Positions 48,078-58,546 of a stretch of 64,000 nt of DNA are shown piece by piece. Where the stretch lies: contig CP092821.1 in NCBI GenBank assembly GCA_022530585.1, forward strand, positions 819,465-883,464. The letters are read 5' to 3'. The translations under genes and the position numbers were made by a program. The notes beneath the pieces are model-generated. The model was not told the origin of the DNA and searched no databases. It was given only the letters and a program-made list of their open reading frames with translations. Origin of the DNA: Candidatus Nealsonbacteria bacterium DGGOD1a (GTDB taxonomy: Bacteria > Patescibacteriota > Minisyncoccia > Minisyncoccales > UBA5738). How positions within the stretch are numbered: the stretch's first letter is position 1; every line of letters starts with the position of its first letter.

Positions 48078-49943
48078 TCATTGAGATCCAGCCTGGCGAT
48101 TGCCGTTCCAAACACAGGTTGGAACCAGTGAAGAAAGCGCCTTGCGAATTGGAATTTCGCCGTTTTCGATTGCCGCGGCCAGAGAATCAAGATTCGCGCG
48201 CAATCTTGCCTCATCAACGCCGGAGAGCTTGGCAATAAATATTTTTTGGTTCTGGGTGGCCACCACGCCTTCCTCGGCGGTCAACAATTCCTCGAAAAGC
48301 TTTTCTCCGGGACGGATACCGATATAAACAATCGGGATATCGACATCGGGTTCGAATCCCGAAAGCCGGATCATTTCCTTGGCCAAATCCAATATCTTGA
48401 CCGGCTTGCCCATATCCAAAACAAACACTTCCCCGCCCTGCCCCATCGCCCCGGCGCGCATCACCAAAAGGCAAGCCTCGCTGGTCAGCATAAAATATCT
48501 CTTCATTTCCGGATCGGTCACTTCCACCGGACCGCCGCGCCGGATTTGTTCGCGAAAAATCGGAATCACGCTTCCGCGGCTTCCCAAAACATTGCCAAAC
48601 CGCACCGAAACAAACTTGGTCGAGTTACGGCCGTTCAACAACTGGCAAACCATTTCACCGATACGCTTGGTCGCGCCCATCACCGAGGTCGGATTGATGG
48701 CCTTGTCAGTGGAAATGAAAATGAATTTCTCGACATTGTTCGCGATCGCCGCTTCGCCCAAAATTTTCGTGCCAAACACATTGTTGCGCACCGCTTCGTC
48801 GATATTCTCCTCCATTAACGGCACATGCTTATAGGCCGCGGCGTGAAAAATTATTTGCGGCTTGGACGCGGCAAAAACCTTGCCAACTCTCTCTTTGTTC
48901 TGGATATCGGCGACAAATTCTTCAACGGCCAGCCCGGAAAAATATTTTTTCAATTCCGCGTTGATATTAAATATCCCGGTTTCATCCTGATCGAAAATAA
49001 CCAATTTGGCCGGTTTGAATTTGGCCACTTGCCGGCAAAGCTCGGAACCGATTGATCCGGCCGCGCCGGTGATCATCACCCTTTTGCCGGCAATGAATTT
49101 CTCGATCATATCGGTTTCCAAAGATACCGGGTCGCGCTCAAGCAAATCTTCCACTTCGACTTTTCTGATATCCGACAATGAAATGTTTCCGTCTATGATC
49201 TCGCTCATCGGCGGCACCACCTTTATTTTCTTTAAACCGGCTTTCTTGGCCATGCGCACCGCCTCCTTAATCAGCTTGGACCCCGACGGCAACGCGATAA
49301 TTATTTCCTCCACCCCATAATTCGATACGATCCGGGGAATATCTTCCAGTTTGCCCAAAACTTTTATGTCATGAATGATATTGCCCTGCCGCGATTCGTT
49401 GTTATCGACAAAACCGATCGCGCGATACCGGCCGGCGGCGGAACTGATAATACTCCGCAACAATTGTTCGCCCGCGTCGCCCGCGCCCGCGATCAGCACC
49501 CGGGTCTTTCCCTCGCTTGATTTAGGCTTGAAAATATATGAATAAATCCTCTTGGCGAAACGCAGTCCGCCGCAAAAAATAAAAATAAAGAAACAAGCGA
49601 TAAAAATCGTCGACCGCGGAAATCCCGAAAAGAACTGGAAGTCCTTGAACGCGTACAACACCGCGGTTTCCAAAAGCAAAGCGGTCCCCGCGGCGCGCGT
49701 AAGCGCGACCAGTTCCTGGGTGCTGACATACGACCACAAAAAAGAATACAAACGATTGGCCAAAAACGAGGGCAGATAAAAAATCCAGCCCAAAAACACC
49801 AAACGCGCGATCATGACAAAATAGTGCCCCGGAATTTGCGCTTCGAAACGCACCATGAATGCCAGCCAAACCGAAAATGCCACCAGCGCGGCATCGACGG
49901 CGAAAAATAAAAACTTTTTATACTTTTGCAACAAGTTGGCCAT
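48078..49943 (-). CDS. CapD/PglF-type NDP-sugar 4,6-dehydratase
   Basis: TGAAGSIGSEL, HAAAYKHVP, STDKA, RFGNVLGSRGSV, RPGEKL. Confidence 0.93.
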   Translation of the reverse strand: MANLLQKYKKFLFFAVDAALVAFSVWLAFMVRFEAQIPGHYFVMIARLVFLGWIFYLPSFLANRLYSFLWSYVSTQELVALTRAAGTALLLETAVLYAFKDFQFFSGFPRSTIFIACFFIFIFCGGLRFAKRIYSYIFKPKSSEGKTRVLIAGAGDAGEQLLRSIISSAAGRYRAIGFVDNNESRQGNIIHDIKVLGKLEDIPRIVSNYGVEEIIIALPSGSKLIKEAVRMAKKAGLKKIKVVPPMSEIIDGNISLSDIRKVEVEDLLERDPVSLETDMIEKFIAGKRVMITGAAGSIGSELCRQVAKFKPAKLVIFDQDETGIFNINAELKKYFSGLAVEEFVADIQNKERVGKVFAASKPQIIFHAAAYKHVPLMEENIDEAVRNNVFGTKILGEAAIANNVEKFIFISTDKAINPTSVMGATKRIGEMVCQLLNGRNSTKFVSVRFGNVLGSRGSVIPIFREQIRRGGPVEVTDPEMKRYFMLTSEACLLVMRAGAMGQGGEVFVLDMGKPVKILDLAKEMIRLSGFEPDVDIPIVYIGIRPGEKLFEELLTAEEGVVATQNQKIFIAKLSGVDEARLRANLDSLAAAIENGEIPIRKALSSLVPTCVWNGNRQAGSQ

Positions 49944-49964
49944 TTTTTATTAAAATTCCCTCTT

Positions 49965-51104
49965 TCAAGATTGCTTCTTATTGTCTTGCGCGTAAAAACC
50001 TCTGACGCATTTGATCACATAATCGACTTCCGAATCCGTCAATTCCGGGTAGATCGGCAGCCGCACTAATTCCTTGGCGATCTTTTCGGTGACCGGCAGA
50101 TTAAAATGTTCCAAACCAAGGCCCGGCATTTTATGGTTGGGCGTGGTATCGCGCACCAGCAATTCAACGCCTTTTGTTTCCATATATTTCTTAAACTTCC
50201 AGATATCGTCCGTTTTAATAATATATTCCTGATAAATCTGTTTTGGCTGCTGCACCGGCAAAACAACCGGCAAATCCTTCAATCCCTGATTATACCTCAT
50301 GGCGATTTGGCGGCGGCGCTTCAGCATCCGCGGGTAATATTTTATCTTGATGTTTAAAATCGCGGCCTGAATATTATCCAGTCGGGAATTATACCCCCAA
50401 TCCATTGTCTTGGGCGCTCTTGGCTGATGGCCCAAAAGCGCGTTCTGGGTGATGTTCCAGTGGTTGCGCAAAAGCAAAAGTTTTTCGTAAACGCTCCTGT
50501 CGTTGGTGATGATTCCGCCCGCATCGCCCGCGCCGCCCAAAGTTTTGGGCGAAATGAAACTGAAGCATCCCGTATCGCCGAATGTTCCCGCTTTTTTTTC
50601 CCCCAGATATGCGCCCAGCGCCTGGCATGCGTCTTCCACCACCCAAAGATTGTGTTCTTTGGCGATCTTCATGATCCGCGGCATATCGCAAACTTTGCCC
50701 GAAAGATGCACCGGCACAATACCCACGGTTTTATCGGTGATTGCCGCTTCAATTTGGTCAACATTCATCAAGCCGTCTTCGCCCACATCAATCAATATCG
50801 GCTTGGCGCCCAAATGAACGATTTCCTCAATGGAAGCGATGAAAGTGTGCCCCACGGTGATCACTTCGTCGCCCGGTTTGCATCCCAGCGCCCGATAGGA
50901 AATTTTTAACGCGTCCGTGCCCGAATTAACGCCCACCGCATATTTTGCCCCGCAAAAATCCGCCAGATTTTTTTCGAATTTATCGCAATCCTCGCGCAAA
51001 ATAAAATCCCCTTTCGAAAAACACTTGTCCAGCGCCTTCATTATCTGCGCCTTATGATCCTTATAATACCGGCGGTAACTCGAATTAATAAAATCAACCT
51101 TCAT
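49965..51104 (-). CDS. DegT/DnrJ/EryC1/StrS aminotransferase
   Basis: NSGTDAL, EDACQA, SFISPKTLG, GYNSRLD. Confidence 0.92.
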   Translation of the reverse strand: MKVDFINSSYRRYYKDHKAQIMKALDKCFSKGDFILREDCDKFEKNLADFCGAKYAVGVNSGTDALKISYRALGCKPGDEVITVGHTFIASIEEIVHLGAKPILIDVGEDGLMNVDQIEAAITDKTVGIVPVHLSGKVCDMPRIMKIAKEHNLWVVEDACQALGAYLGEKKAGTFGDTGCFSFISPKTLGGAGDAGGIITNDRSVYEKLLLLRNHWNITQNALLGHQPRAPKTMDWGYNSRLDNIQAAILNIKIKYYPRMLKRRRQIAMRYNQGLKDLPVVLPVQQPKQIYQEYIIKTDDIWKFKKYMETKGVELLVRDTTPNHKMPGLGLEHFNLPVTEKIAKELVRLPIYPELTDSEVDYVIKCVRGFYAQDNKKQS

Positions 51105-51285
51105 TTTTTTAAAATTATATTTTCAATACTTGATTATAAGCACAAAACCAACCAAAAATGAAGCCCGCGCTAAACTTGCGGGGCTTCTTGTCGCAAATTC
51201 CGGGAGATAAACCCGCGACAAAAAACTTGACAAATTAAAAATTTAGTCATATTATTTTATCCAGCAAGCTCAAGGAGGGCTTAAT

Positions 51286-52128
51286 TTGAAAATAAAACAA
51301 ATTTACGATCAAGGCACCGATTCCCGAAAAGAAGATTTATTTGTCGACTTTCCGGGGAAAATAATGGGCGTTCTTGACACCGGCAGCGGCGTTTTTATTC
51401 CGCCCACCAAACCGCAAATGTTTTACGGTATGACCGGCGGACAATACACCGGCCAGCTCATTAAGGGCTCGATATTGGCCGGCATAATCACCAAAGAAAA
51501 TCCACGGTACATCTTGAAATCTGCCAATATTGATCTAGCTTTGGTTTTCCAAGACCATAATCTGAACTTGGAAACGCCGGAAAACAATCCGTTTGCCAGT
51601 TATGCCCTCGCCTTTTTCAATAACAATAACATTGAAATAATCCAAGGAGGCGATTGCCAGTTCATCTGGCAAAGCAAGGACGGCTCCGTTGGCTGGACAA
51701 AAAACCAAACACTGGTTTATGACCGCGAAAATTTGCGCTTGATCACCGATTTTATGCGCAAACATAACGGCATGCGCAACACGATGTGGCAAGAATTCGG
51801 CCCTATCTTAAAAAAACGGCGGCGAGAATACTTCAATTCGTCCATGGGAAAATTTTCTCTACTCAACGGCCAGCCGGATTTTTACAAGTACTGGCAAGCG
51901 GTTGAACTCGATGCCGGCAAAATCGAGACACTGATCGGATACACCGACGGCTTCGTAATCCAGGAAAAAACCGCCAATATGGCAAAACTAGCCCCGCAAA
52001 TTTTGGAAACATGCCAAAATTATGGCTTGCAAACATGGCTTGATGAAACCCATCGAACCGCCAAAGCAAAAGAAAGTGAAACCCACATTCCGCTTCCCGA
52101 AGCTACTGCAATCGCCATCGAATTTTGA
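51286..52128 (+). CDS. Hypothetical protein, PP2C-phosphatase-like fold
   Basis: KEDL, GVLD, QGGDC, YTDGF, terminal EATAIAIEF. Confidence 0.55.
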   Translation: MKIKQIYDQGTDSRKEDLFVDFPGKIMGVLDTGSGVFIPPTKPQMFYGMTGGQYTGQLIKGSILAGIITKENPRYILKSANIDLALVFQDHNLNLETPENNPFASYALAFFNNNNIEIIQGGDCQFIWQSKDGSVGWTKNQTLVYDRENLRLITDFMRKHNGMRNTMWQEFGPILKKRRREYFNSSMGKFSLLNGQPDFYKYWQAVELDAGKIETLIGYTDGFVIQEKTANMAKLAPQILETCQNYGLQTWLDETHRTAKAKESETHIPLPEATAIAIEF

Positions 52129-52212
52129 AGCTCCCAAACTAACCATTTTTGAGCTTTTTTCTTTACGAAAGTTGAAAGTGTGCAATCAAAAATATATTTT
52201 CCAAATGTATTT

Positions 52213-52316
52213 CGTCGAGCGGGGTATGAACCCCGCACGACGACCAAAGGGGGCACCCCTTTGGAATCCTCTTGGTGCACCCCGGGGCAAAGCCCCGAGG
52301 TATTGCACTCAATAAA
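52213..52316. repeat. IS200/IS605-end-like multi-hairpin repeat, copy 2
   Basis: 52244-52316 identical to 9294-9366. Confidence 0.8.
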
Positions 52317-52328
52317 TCACCGACATAT

Positions 52329-52362
52329 TCTTCTAAATTTAGCATATGCTAAATTTAGAAGA
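52329..52362. repeat. 34-bp perfect palindrome downstream of the PaaX-like gene
   Basis: TCTTCTAAATTTAGCATATGCTAAATTTAGAAGA. Confidence 0.95.
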
Positions 52363-52427
52363 CAAAGGAATTGCAAAATCCAAGCCACTGTTTAAAGTAT
52401 CCCAACTGTTAACTATGACGACGGAAA

Positions 52428-53006
52428 TCAATTGATGCGGAAATGCCGGCGAAGCGGTGCATCGTCCTCAATTTGGATCGCGGTAATAATTTTCATCTCT
52501 TGCGATTCAAGTCCAAAAAAGTCGCGCAGCAATTGCATCTCTTTGGCAAATTCATACGGACAAACCCAAACGCTCTTTTGCAATTGATACAGGCCCAGTT
52601 CCTTTATTTTGCCGCGCAGCGCTTCTCTTTTTGTCCCCTGTTTGTTTGCAATATCAAAAATCAGTATCCGCCATTTTCTATCCCATTTTTTCGCGGTCTT
52701 TATTTTAAGATCATTAATCTTATACTTGCCTGCTTTTTTCTTTCCTTCATCGGTAAGGTAAATGTACATTTGGTTGCCGCGATAAACAACTTTAACCAAG
52801 CCCCTCTTTTTTAGATAATAAAACGCATTATAAAATTTCTTTCCGCTATCCTTATCGTGGCCAAACAATTTTCTGTTACTATAACTGCAAACATCGCGGC
52901 GAAAAGCGCTTATCGGCCTTGGCTGCATCGCGAAAAGAAGAAATTCCCCGGTTTCTGCCAAATTTTGTAAAATCGCTTTAACAGTTTCACCTCTGGGATT
53001 TTTCAT
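52428..53006 (-). CDS. PaaX-like regulator (wHTH + Cas2-like ferredoxin domain)
   Basis: YLKKRGLV...LTDEG; WDRKWRILIFDI, LQKSVWVCPY. Confidence 0.85.
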   Translation of the reverse strand: MKNPRGETVKAILQNLAETGEFLLFAMQPRPISAFRRDVCSYSNRKLFGHDKDSGKKFYNAFYYLKKRGLVKVVYRGNQMYIYLTDEGKKKAGKYKINDLKIKTAKKWDRKWRILIFDIANKQGTKREALRGKIKELGLYQLQKSVWVCPYEFAKEMQLLRDFFGLESQEMKIITAIQIEDDAPLRRHFRIN

Positions 53007-53059
53007 ATTTTTAATCTGACTTTTAAAAAAACCGACCCAATAAATATAATTATAACTTA

Positions 53060-53093
53060 TCTTCTAAATTTAGCATATGCTAAATTTAGAAGA
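53060..53093. repeat. Identical 34-bp perfect palindrome upstream of the PaaX-like gene
   Basis: Same sequence as 52329-52362. Confidence 0.95.
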
Positions 53094-53140
53094 CATATCA
53101 AAAAAGCGGATTGTTTGTCCGGGTAATGGCTCACAATCAC

Positions 53141-54024
53141 CTAAAACAAACCAAAATGTTTGAAAACTTCGAGGATGCCGTTTTGGTCTATGTGGGGGCC
53201 GAGGAAATTGCGGTGCGGGTCGTTGGCAATGGCGGTGGCAATGTTTTGTTTCACTTTAGGCAGAGCGTTTTCGAGAGTGGCGCGATAGCCGCAGAGTTTC
53301 ATAAACTCCCAGTCAACAACGCCGTCGCCCGCGCCCAAAACACTTTCGAAAGATATGCCCAGATGCTTGATAAGCTTAGATAAGCTGGCCACTTTCGACA
53401 CACCCGAAGGCACAAAAAAACCGTAATAATGATCGGTCAAGAATAAATTGTTTCCCCATAACAGCTCAATCCTTCCATTGAATTCGGTGATAATCTCCGC
53501 CATCGCCGTTTCAGCGCTCTTGTTTTTGGAACTGCCCGACATATAAATACTTGAGAGTCTTTGATGCTCTCTTCCAGCGAATCAACCACCTGCGGCAAAG
53601 TTTCGATCGAAGCAAACAACAACTTGTTGATTTCATTATCGGTCTGGTTTTTCTAAACATAATATTTTTCTGCGGTGGAAAAATATGTGACAATATTATT
53701 TTCAAGCAACCGGCGCGCCAGCCGGCGGCAATCGCTTTGCTTAATGGTTTTGCACTGCAATACATCTTCCGAAAACGGATTTGTTATCAGGCAGCCCATC
53801 TCGCCGATATGGAAATTATCCAGTCCGGCGGCTTCAATCACATATTTCATCGCCGGAGTATAAAACGGCCGGCCGGTGCATAAAATTACCGGAATCCCGC
53901 TTTCTTTTATGGCTTTAAGCGCGTTGACAATTTCCAAACAAGGCATCGGAAAATTCACCCCGTTTTTAAAACCGACCAAAATACCATCAACATCCAAAAC
54001 CACTGCTTTAATATTGGAATTCAT
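53141..54024 (-). pseudogene. HAD-superfamily (Cof-like) hydrolase with a nonsense codon and a frameshift
   Basis: DVDG and CTGR at the N-terminus, GDG..D at the C-terminus; in-frame TAG at 53653-53655; frame change near 53545. Confidence 0.8.
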
Positions 54025-54032
54025 AAATTAAT

Positions 54033-54890
54033 TTAGCTTAGCACAATCAATAAAAGCCCGGCGATCACACCGGCGATACCAAGCATTTTTTGCTTGGTGA
54101 ATTCGTCGCCGAAAAGTTTGACCGCCAGCAAGCTCACAATCGCCACGCCGGTTGTCTGGATGGCGTTCACATAGCCCATATTGGGCGCGGCCACAAACGC
54201 GTTCCACATCAGCACATTGGCAATTCCCGACGCCAAGCCCAATAAAAACAACAAACCGAATTGTTTTTTATGTTTCAATAACGGCAATTTTTTGCGCCGA
54301 ATTTCAACGCCCCAAATCGCCACCGCAATGGCTACCGCCCAGAACAAAAATGCGGTTTGGTTGATATCCAAAAACATATTGGCATACTTTACCGCCACCG
54401 ACCAGCCGGCATAGCAAAAAAACGCGATAAAGGACATCCTGATCCAACGAGAATTATGCAAGATTTTGCCGCCGGATTTTTTGCCTGCAATCAGCAGCTG
54501 GCTGGCCAGGATCAGCGCGATACCCGCGATCTTGCGCCAGGACAATTCGCCGCCGAACATAAAAATCGCGGCCAGCGTCGTCAAAACCACATAGCTTTTA
54601 TTAATCGCTTGGCTGTAACCGGGATTGGGCGCCAGATTCAGGCCGCGCACGCTGGCCGCGTTGCCAAAATAAACGCAAAGACCGGCGAATAAAACCAGCC
54701 AAATATCCGCTTTCGCGAAAACATTGAACTCCCCTTCGGGCACCGCGAAAACAAATACCAAAAGCGCCACCGCGTAGGTGGCGAGATTGATCACCGGCGC
54801 CGGCACGCCCGCGCGCCAATTATATTTGCTCAAAATACTGGTCGAAGCAAATAGCACTAAACTGATCAAGCTCCCGATTATCCAATTCAT
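54033..54890 (-). CDS. EamA/DMT-family transporter
   Basis: ~10 TM helices, internally repeated APN(P/M)GY. Confidence 0.8.
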   Translation of the reverse strand: MNWIIGSLISLVLFASTSILSKYNWRAGVPAPVINLATYAVALLVFVFAVPEGEFNVFAKADIWLVLFAGLCVYFGNAASVRGLNLAPNPGYSQAINKSYVVLTTLAAIFMFGGELSWRKIAGIALILASQLLIAGKKSGGKILHNSRWIRMSFIAFFCYAGWSVAVKYANMFLDINQTAFLFWAVAIAVAIWGVEIRRKKLPLLKHKKQFGLLFLLGLASGIANVLMWNAFVAAPNMGYVNAIQTTGVAIVSLLAVKLFGDEFTKQKMLGIAGVIAGLLLIVLS

Positions 54891-54895
54891 AATTT

Positions 54896-56029
54896 TTACA
54901 GACCGGCGAATTTTTTATAATTTTCCTTGCTGATCATTTCCACTTTGGCGTCCGGATAGGCGCGCGAAAACGCCACCGGCACTTTGCCCGGCCGCGATTT
55001 CCATTTGAATTCAAAGCCGGCGAGCTTGCCGCCGCGTTCCTCGATCAGATCGATTTCTTGTTTTTGCAATGTGCGCCAAAAATACATATTGGCGCCGCCA
55101 TCGGTATTATTATCGCTTTTGACGCGTTCGCCGATCATGAAATTTTCCCACAACGCGCCCGCGTCCTGGCGCAAATCCAACGGATTCAAGTTATTGATCA
55201 GCGCGTTGCGGATGCCGTTATCGTAAAAATAGATCTTCCGATTGCTTTTGATTTCATTTCGCAAATTGCGCGAGAAAGAAGGCAAACGAAAAACAATAAA
55301 CGCTTTTTCCAAAATTTGGATATAATCGGCAACCGTTTGCTTGTTGATCTCGATCAATGACGCCAATTCGCCGTATGAAACCTCATTCCCCACTTGCAAT
55401 GCCAGCGCGCGCAATAATTTTTCCAAAACTTCATGATTTTTTATGTTCCGGTATTCCAAAACATCCTTGTAGACATAACTTTTCGCCAGCGTTTTCAGCG
55501 TCTTTATTTTTGCAAAATCGCTCTCAAAAACAACCCCGGGGTACATGCCGAAAATCATTCTGTTTTCCAAAATCCGGTCAATTTCGATTTCCGAATAGAT
55601 TTCTTTCAATTCGGCGAGTGAAAAAGGATACAAATAAAATTCAATTTTTCGGCCCGTGAGCGGTTCAACAATTTCATTGGACAAATCAAACGACGACGAC
55701 CCCGTGGCAATGATCTGCATTTGGGGATAATTGTCAACCATCAATTTCAAAGTCAAGCCGATATTGCGCACTCTTTGGGCTTCATCCAAAATAACCAGTT
55801 TGTTATCTCCAAAAAACAATTTTAATTCGGTCGAAGTTTTACCAGTGAGGGCATCGCGCACATCCGCTTCGTCGCAATTGAAATAAGCGGTAGCAATTTG
55901 TTTTTGGTTTTCCTGGATAAGTTTGACCAAAGTGGTCTTTCCCACTTGCCGCGGGCCGTAAATTACCACAATTTTACCCTTAAAGAGGGTTTTTTCAACT
56001 TCTGATTGGATTTTTCGTCTAATTAACAT
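54896..56029 (-). CDS. AAA_14 ATPase with DUF4143
   Basis: GPRQVGKTT, DEAQ, TGSS, LTGR, KIYFYDNG, EIDLIEE..EFKW. Confidence 0.9.
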   Translation of the reverse strand: MLIRRKIQSEVEKTLFKGKIVVIYGPRQVGKTTLVKLIQENQKQIATAYFNCDEADVRDALTGKTSTELKLFFGDNKLVILDEAQRVRNIGLTLKLMVDNYPQMQIIATGSSSFDLSNEIVEPLTGRKIEFYLYPFSLAELKEIYSEIEIDRILENRMIFGMYPGVVFESDFAKIKTLKTLAKSYVYKDVLEYRNIKNHEVLEKLLRALALQVGNEVSYGELASLIEINKQTVADYIQILEKAFIVFRLPSFSRNLRNEIKSNRKIYFYDNGIRNALINNLNPLDLRQDAGALWENFMIGERVKSDNNTDGGANMYFWRTLQKQEIDLIEERGGKLAGFEFKWKSRPGKVPVAFSRAYPDAKVEMISKENYKKFAGL

Positions 56030-56208
56030 ATAATTTGGCTAGTTAACTAACTGAATTATATATTAATTTAGCTAATTGTCAAGCCAGCGGCCAAATTATA
56101 TGATAATCAAACCATTTTACCCCCTATTTATCAATTAATTTGGCCATAATCAACAGAAGTCGGAAACCTGCGGATAAATAATCAAGATCAAACGGTTTAT
56201 AATCTTGT

Positions 56209-56715
56209 TTATAGCCGAATATAGCAAGGAGCCGGCGATGAGTAAGTTTCCAAGATAATGTTTTTCACTTCTTCGGGTTTTGCGGCAAGATAGGTTTTAA
56301 AATTGGGCAAATGAGCGAAAACCCGGGATTCTTCGTCTTCAGTGATCAAATTATGGGAAAATCCTAAAAATTTGTATTTCTCGCTCCCCTTCACGCCGAT
56401 GATCTTCACATTCGCATTGTGCAAGCACACGGCGTTGCGCACCGCTTCAAACGGCCGGAAAGCGACAAAATTTATCATACTGTAAACATAGGGCTTCAAG
56501 CCCTCCAGCGCCATGCCCGCGGCAATCGTCATCGTGCTTTGCTCGGTCACGCCCAAATTAAAAAACCGATTTGGAAATTTTTTTTGGAACTCTTCAATGT
56601 AATTAAAACCCACATCCGGAATTATCAAAACGATCTTTTCGTCGATTCGCGCCAACTCAATCAAAGCATCGATGAATTCCCGGCGCGTATCCTGTTGTTT
56701 GATTATTTCAGCCAT
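56209..56715 (-). CDS. Transketolase pyrimidine-binding subunit (lacks the C-terminal domain)
   Basis: RFFNLGVTEQ, AAGMALEG.KP, RPFE..R, YIRL. Confidence 0.85.
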   Translation of the reverse strand: MAEIIKQQDTRREFIDALIELARIDEKIVLIIPDVGFNYIEEFQKKFPNRFFNLGVTEQSTMTIAAGMALEGLKPYVYSMINFVAFRPFEAVRNAVCLHNANVKIIGVKGSEKYKFLGFSHNLITEDEESRVFAHLPNFKTYLAAKPEEVKNIILETYSSPAPCYIRL

Positions 56716-57490
56716 TTGTTTTTAATTCTTTTAAAGCCGCCTGGTATTCCTGTTCGGACGGCGCTTTATAATGGTATAAATTCTGCCCTTCCATAAAGCT
56801 CACGCCTTTGCCTTTGACGGTTTTGGCAATCGCCACGGTTGGTTTTCCCGCCACCGGTTCATTGATCGCTTTTTCGATTTGGCCAAAATCGTGGCCATCG
56901 ATCTCGCGAACATTCCAGCCGAACGCCCGCCATTTATCGCCCAGCGGCTCGATATTCAAAATTTCGTCCACGCCGCCCATGGCCTGCAAGCCGTTGCTGT
57001 CGACAAACACCAAAAGATTGTCCAAACCGTGCTGGCGCGCGATCAACGCCGATTCCCAAGTGGTGCCGATCTGCATTTCGCCGTCCGACATCACGGCAAA
57101 AATTTTCCCGCTTTCTTTTTTTGTTTTTTTGGCCAGCGCGAATCCCACGCCGAACGGTAAACCAAAACCCATCGATCCGCCCGCGGCCGGAATTTCGGGA
57201 ATTATCGGCTCGGCCAAACCGATGAATTTACTGCCCGGCTGGCAGAAACTATCCAAATCCGCTTCGGTGATCCGCCCCTTTTGCTTGAGAAAATAATAAA
57301 GCGATGCCGCCGCCCAGCCCTTGCTCAAAATCACCTTGTCGCGATCCAAGTCAATGTTTTCAAAAATCACCGCCAGCATATCAACACAGCTGTAATTGCT
57401 GCCGATATGGCTGGTTTGCGCCTTATAAATCATTTCCAAAACCCTGATTCGGGCATCGTTGGCGATTTTTTTATAGTCCGGTTTATCCAT
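56708..57490 (-). CDS. Transketolase N-terminal (TPP-binding) subunit
   Basis: SHIGS, ILSKG, GSMG.GL, SDGE, DGHD, TVKGKG. Confidence 0.9.
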   Translation of the reverse strand: MDKPDYKKIANDARIRVLEMIYKAQTSHIGSNYSCVDMLAVIFENIDLDRDKVILSKGWAAASLYYFLKQKGRITEADLDSFCQPGSKFIGLAEPIIPEIPAAGGSMGFGLPFGVGFALAKKTKKESGKIFAVMSDGEMQIGTTWESALIARQHGLDNLLVFVDSNGLQAMGGVDEILNIEPLGDKWRAFGWNVREIDGHDFGQIEKAINEPVAGKPTVAIAKTVKGKGVSFMEGQNLYHYKAPSEQEYQAALKELKTNG

Positions 57491-57616
57491 AAATTATTTT
57501 TCGCAATTTATTTTTTTAACTTTAACACAAAACCGCGATTTTTAAAAATATTCCCAAAAACAATCAAAAAGAGGGTTGACCCCTGTAAATTCAAACTAGG
57601 TTGGGTCTCCGCGAAT

Positions 57617-58546
57617 TCAAGCAACGGATTTTGACAGAAATTCAAGGTCTTCCTGCGGCAAACGCCAATCCAACGCGCCGATGTTTTCAACGATATGCTC
57701 GGGCTTGGTGATACCCACAAGCGCCGCGCCATTGGAATTGCGGTCCAAAACCCAGCGAATCGCGGTTTGCGCAGCCGTTTTGGCGTATTTTTTTCCGATA
57801 TCTCCCGCCCGTTTTGCCAATTCCAAATTTTGTTGAAACTTTTCCCCCTGCCAGTTCGAATACCGGCCGCGGACATCGTCTTTTCCGAATTTGAAATCCC
57901 CGGCGATCTTTCCCGACAGCAAACCTTGCGCCAGCGATCCGTAAGTGATTAAAGTGATTTTTCTTTCTTTGCAAAACGGAACCAGTTCGGTTTCGATGCC
58001 GCGGTCGATTAAATTATAAGGCGCCTGCGTTGATTCTCCCCGGCCGACTCTTTCGGCCCTCTCTATCAAACCAACCGGAAAATTGGAATAACCGATATGC
58101 ATAATTTTGCCCTGTTCTTGGCATTTGACCAATGCCGCCATTGTTTCTCCAATGGATGTCGCACCGTCGGGCCAATGAATTTGATACAAAGGAACGCATT
58201 CGATTTTCAAACGCCGCAAACTGGCTTCCAGCGCCTCAACGGCGTATTGGGGGCTGATATCTTTAAAAGTTTTGCCGTCCGGGCCGACGCGCACGCCGAA
58301 TTTCGTGGCGATCACGGCATTCTTGCGGTTTTCGCCCAAGGCCCGGGCCAAAATTTCTTCCGCGTGGCCCCGCCCGTAAACATCGGCTGTGTCAAAAAAA
58401 TTAATCCCCAAATCCCAGGCCCGGCGCAACGCCGCGATAGAATCAAAATCATTGATCTTGCCCCAGCCGAAACCGCCGATCGCCCAAGTGCCCACGCCCA
58501 GACGGCTGATCTTTAAATTTGTTTTTCCCAAATTAACGAATTCCAT
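57617..58546 (-). CDS. Aldo/keto reductase
   Basis: GTWAIGG, FDTADVYG, IATKFG, YQIHWPD. Confidence 0.92.
   Translation of the reverse strand: MEFVNLGKTNLKISRLGVGTWAIGGFGWGKINDFDSIAALRRAWDLGINFFDTADVYGRGHAEEILARALGENRKNAVIATKFGVRVGPDGKTFKDISPQYAVEALEASLRRLKIECVPLYQIHWPDGATSIGETMAALVKCQEQGKIMHIGYSNFPVGLIERAERVGRGESTQAPYNLIDRGIETELVPFCKERKITLITYGSLAQGLLSGKIAGDFKFGKDDVRGRYSNWQGEKFQQNLELAKRAGDIGKKYAKTAAQTAIRWVLDRNSNGAALVGITKPEHIVENIGALDWRLPQEDLEFLSKSVA

Noticed and set aside
53653-53655. Stop-codon reassignment (in-frame TAG here and near 9902)
   Set aside because: Intact genes end in TAG and TGA normally, and the HAD gene also has a frameshift, so pseudogenisation is simpler.
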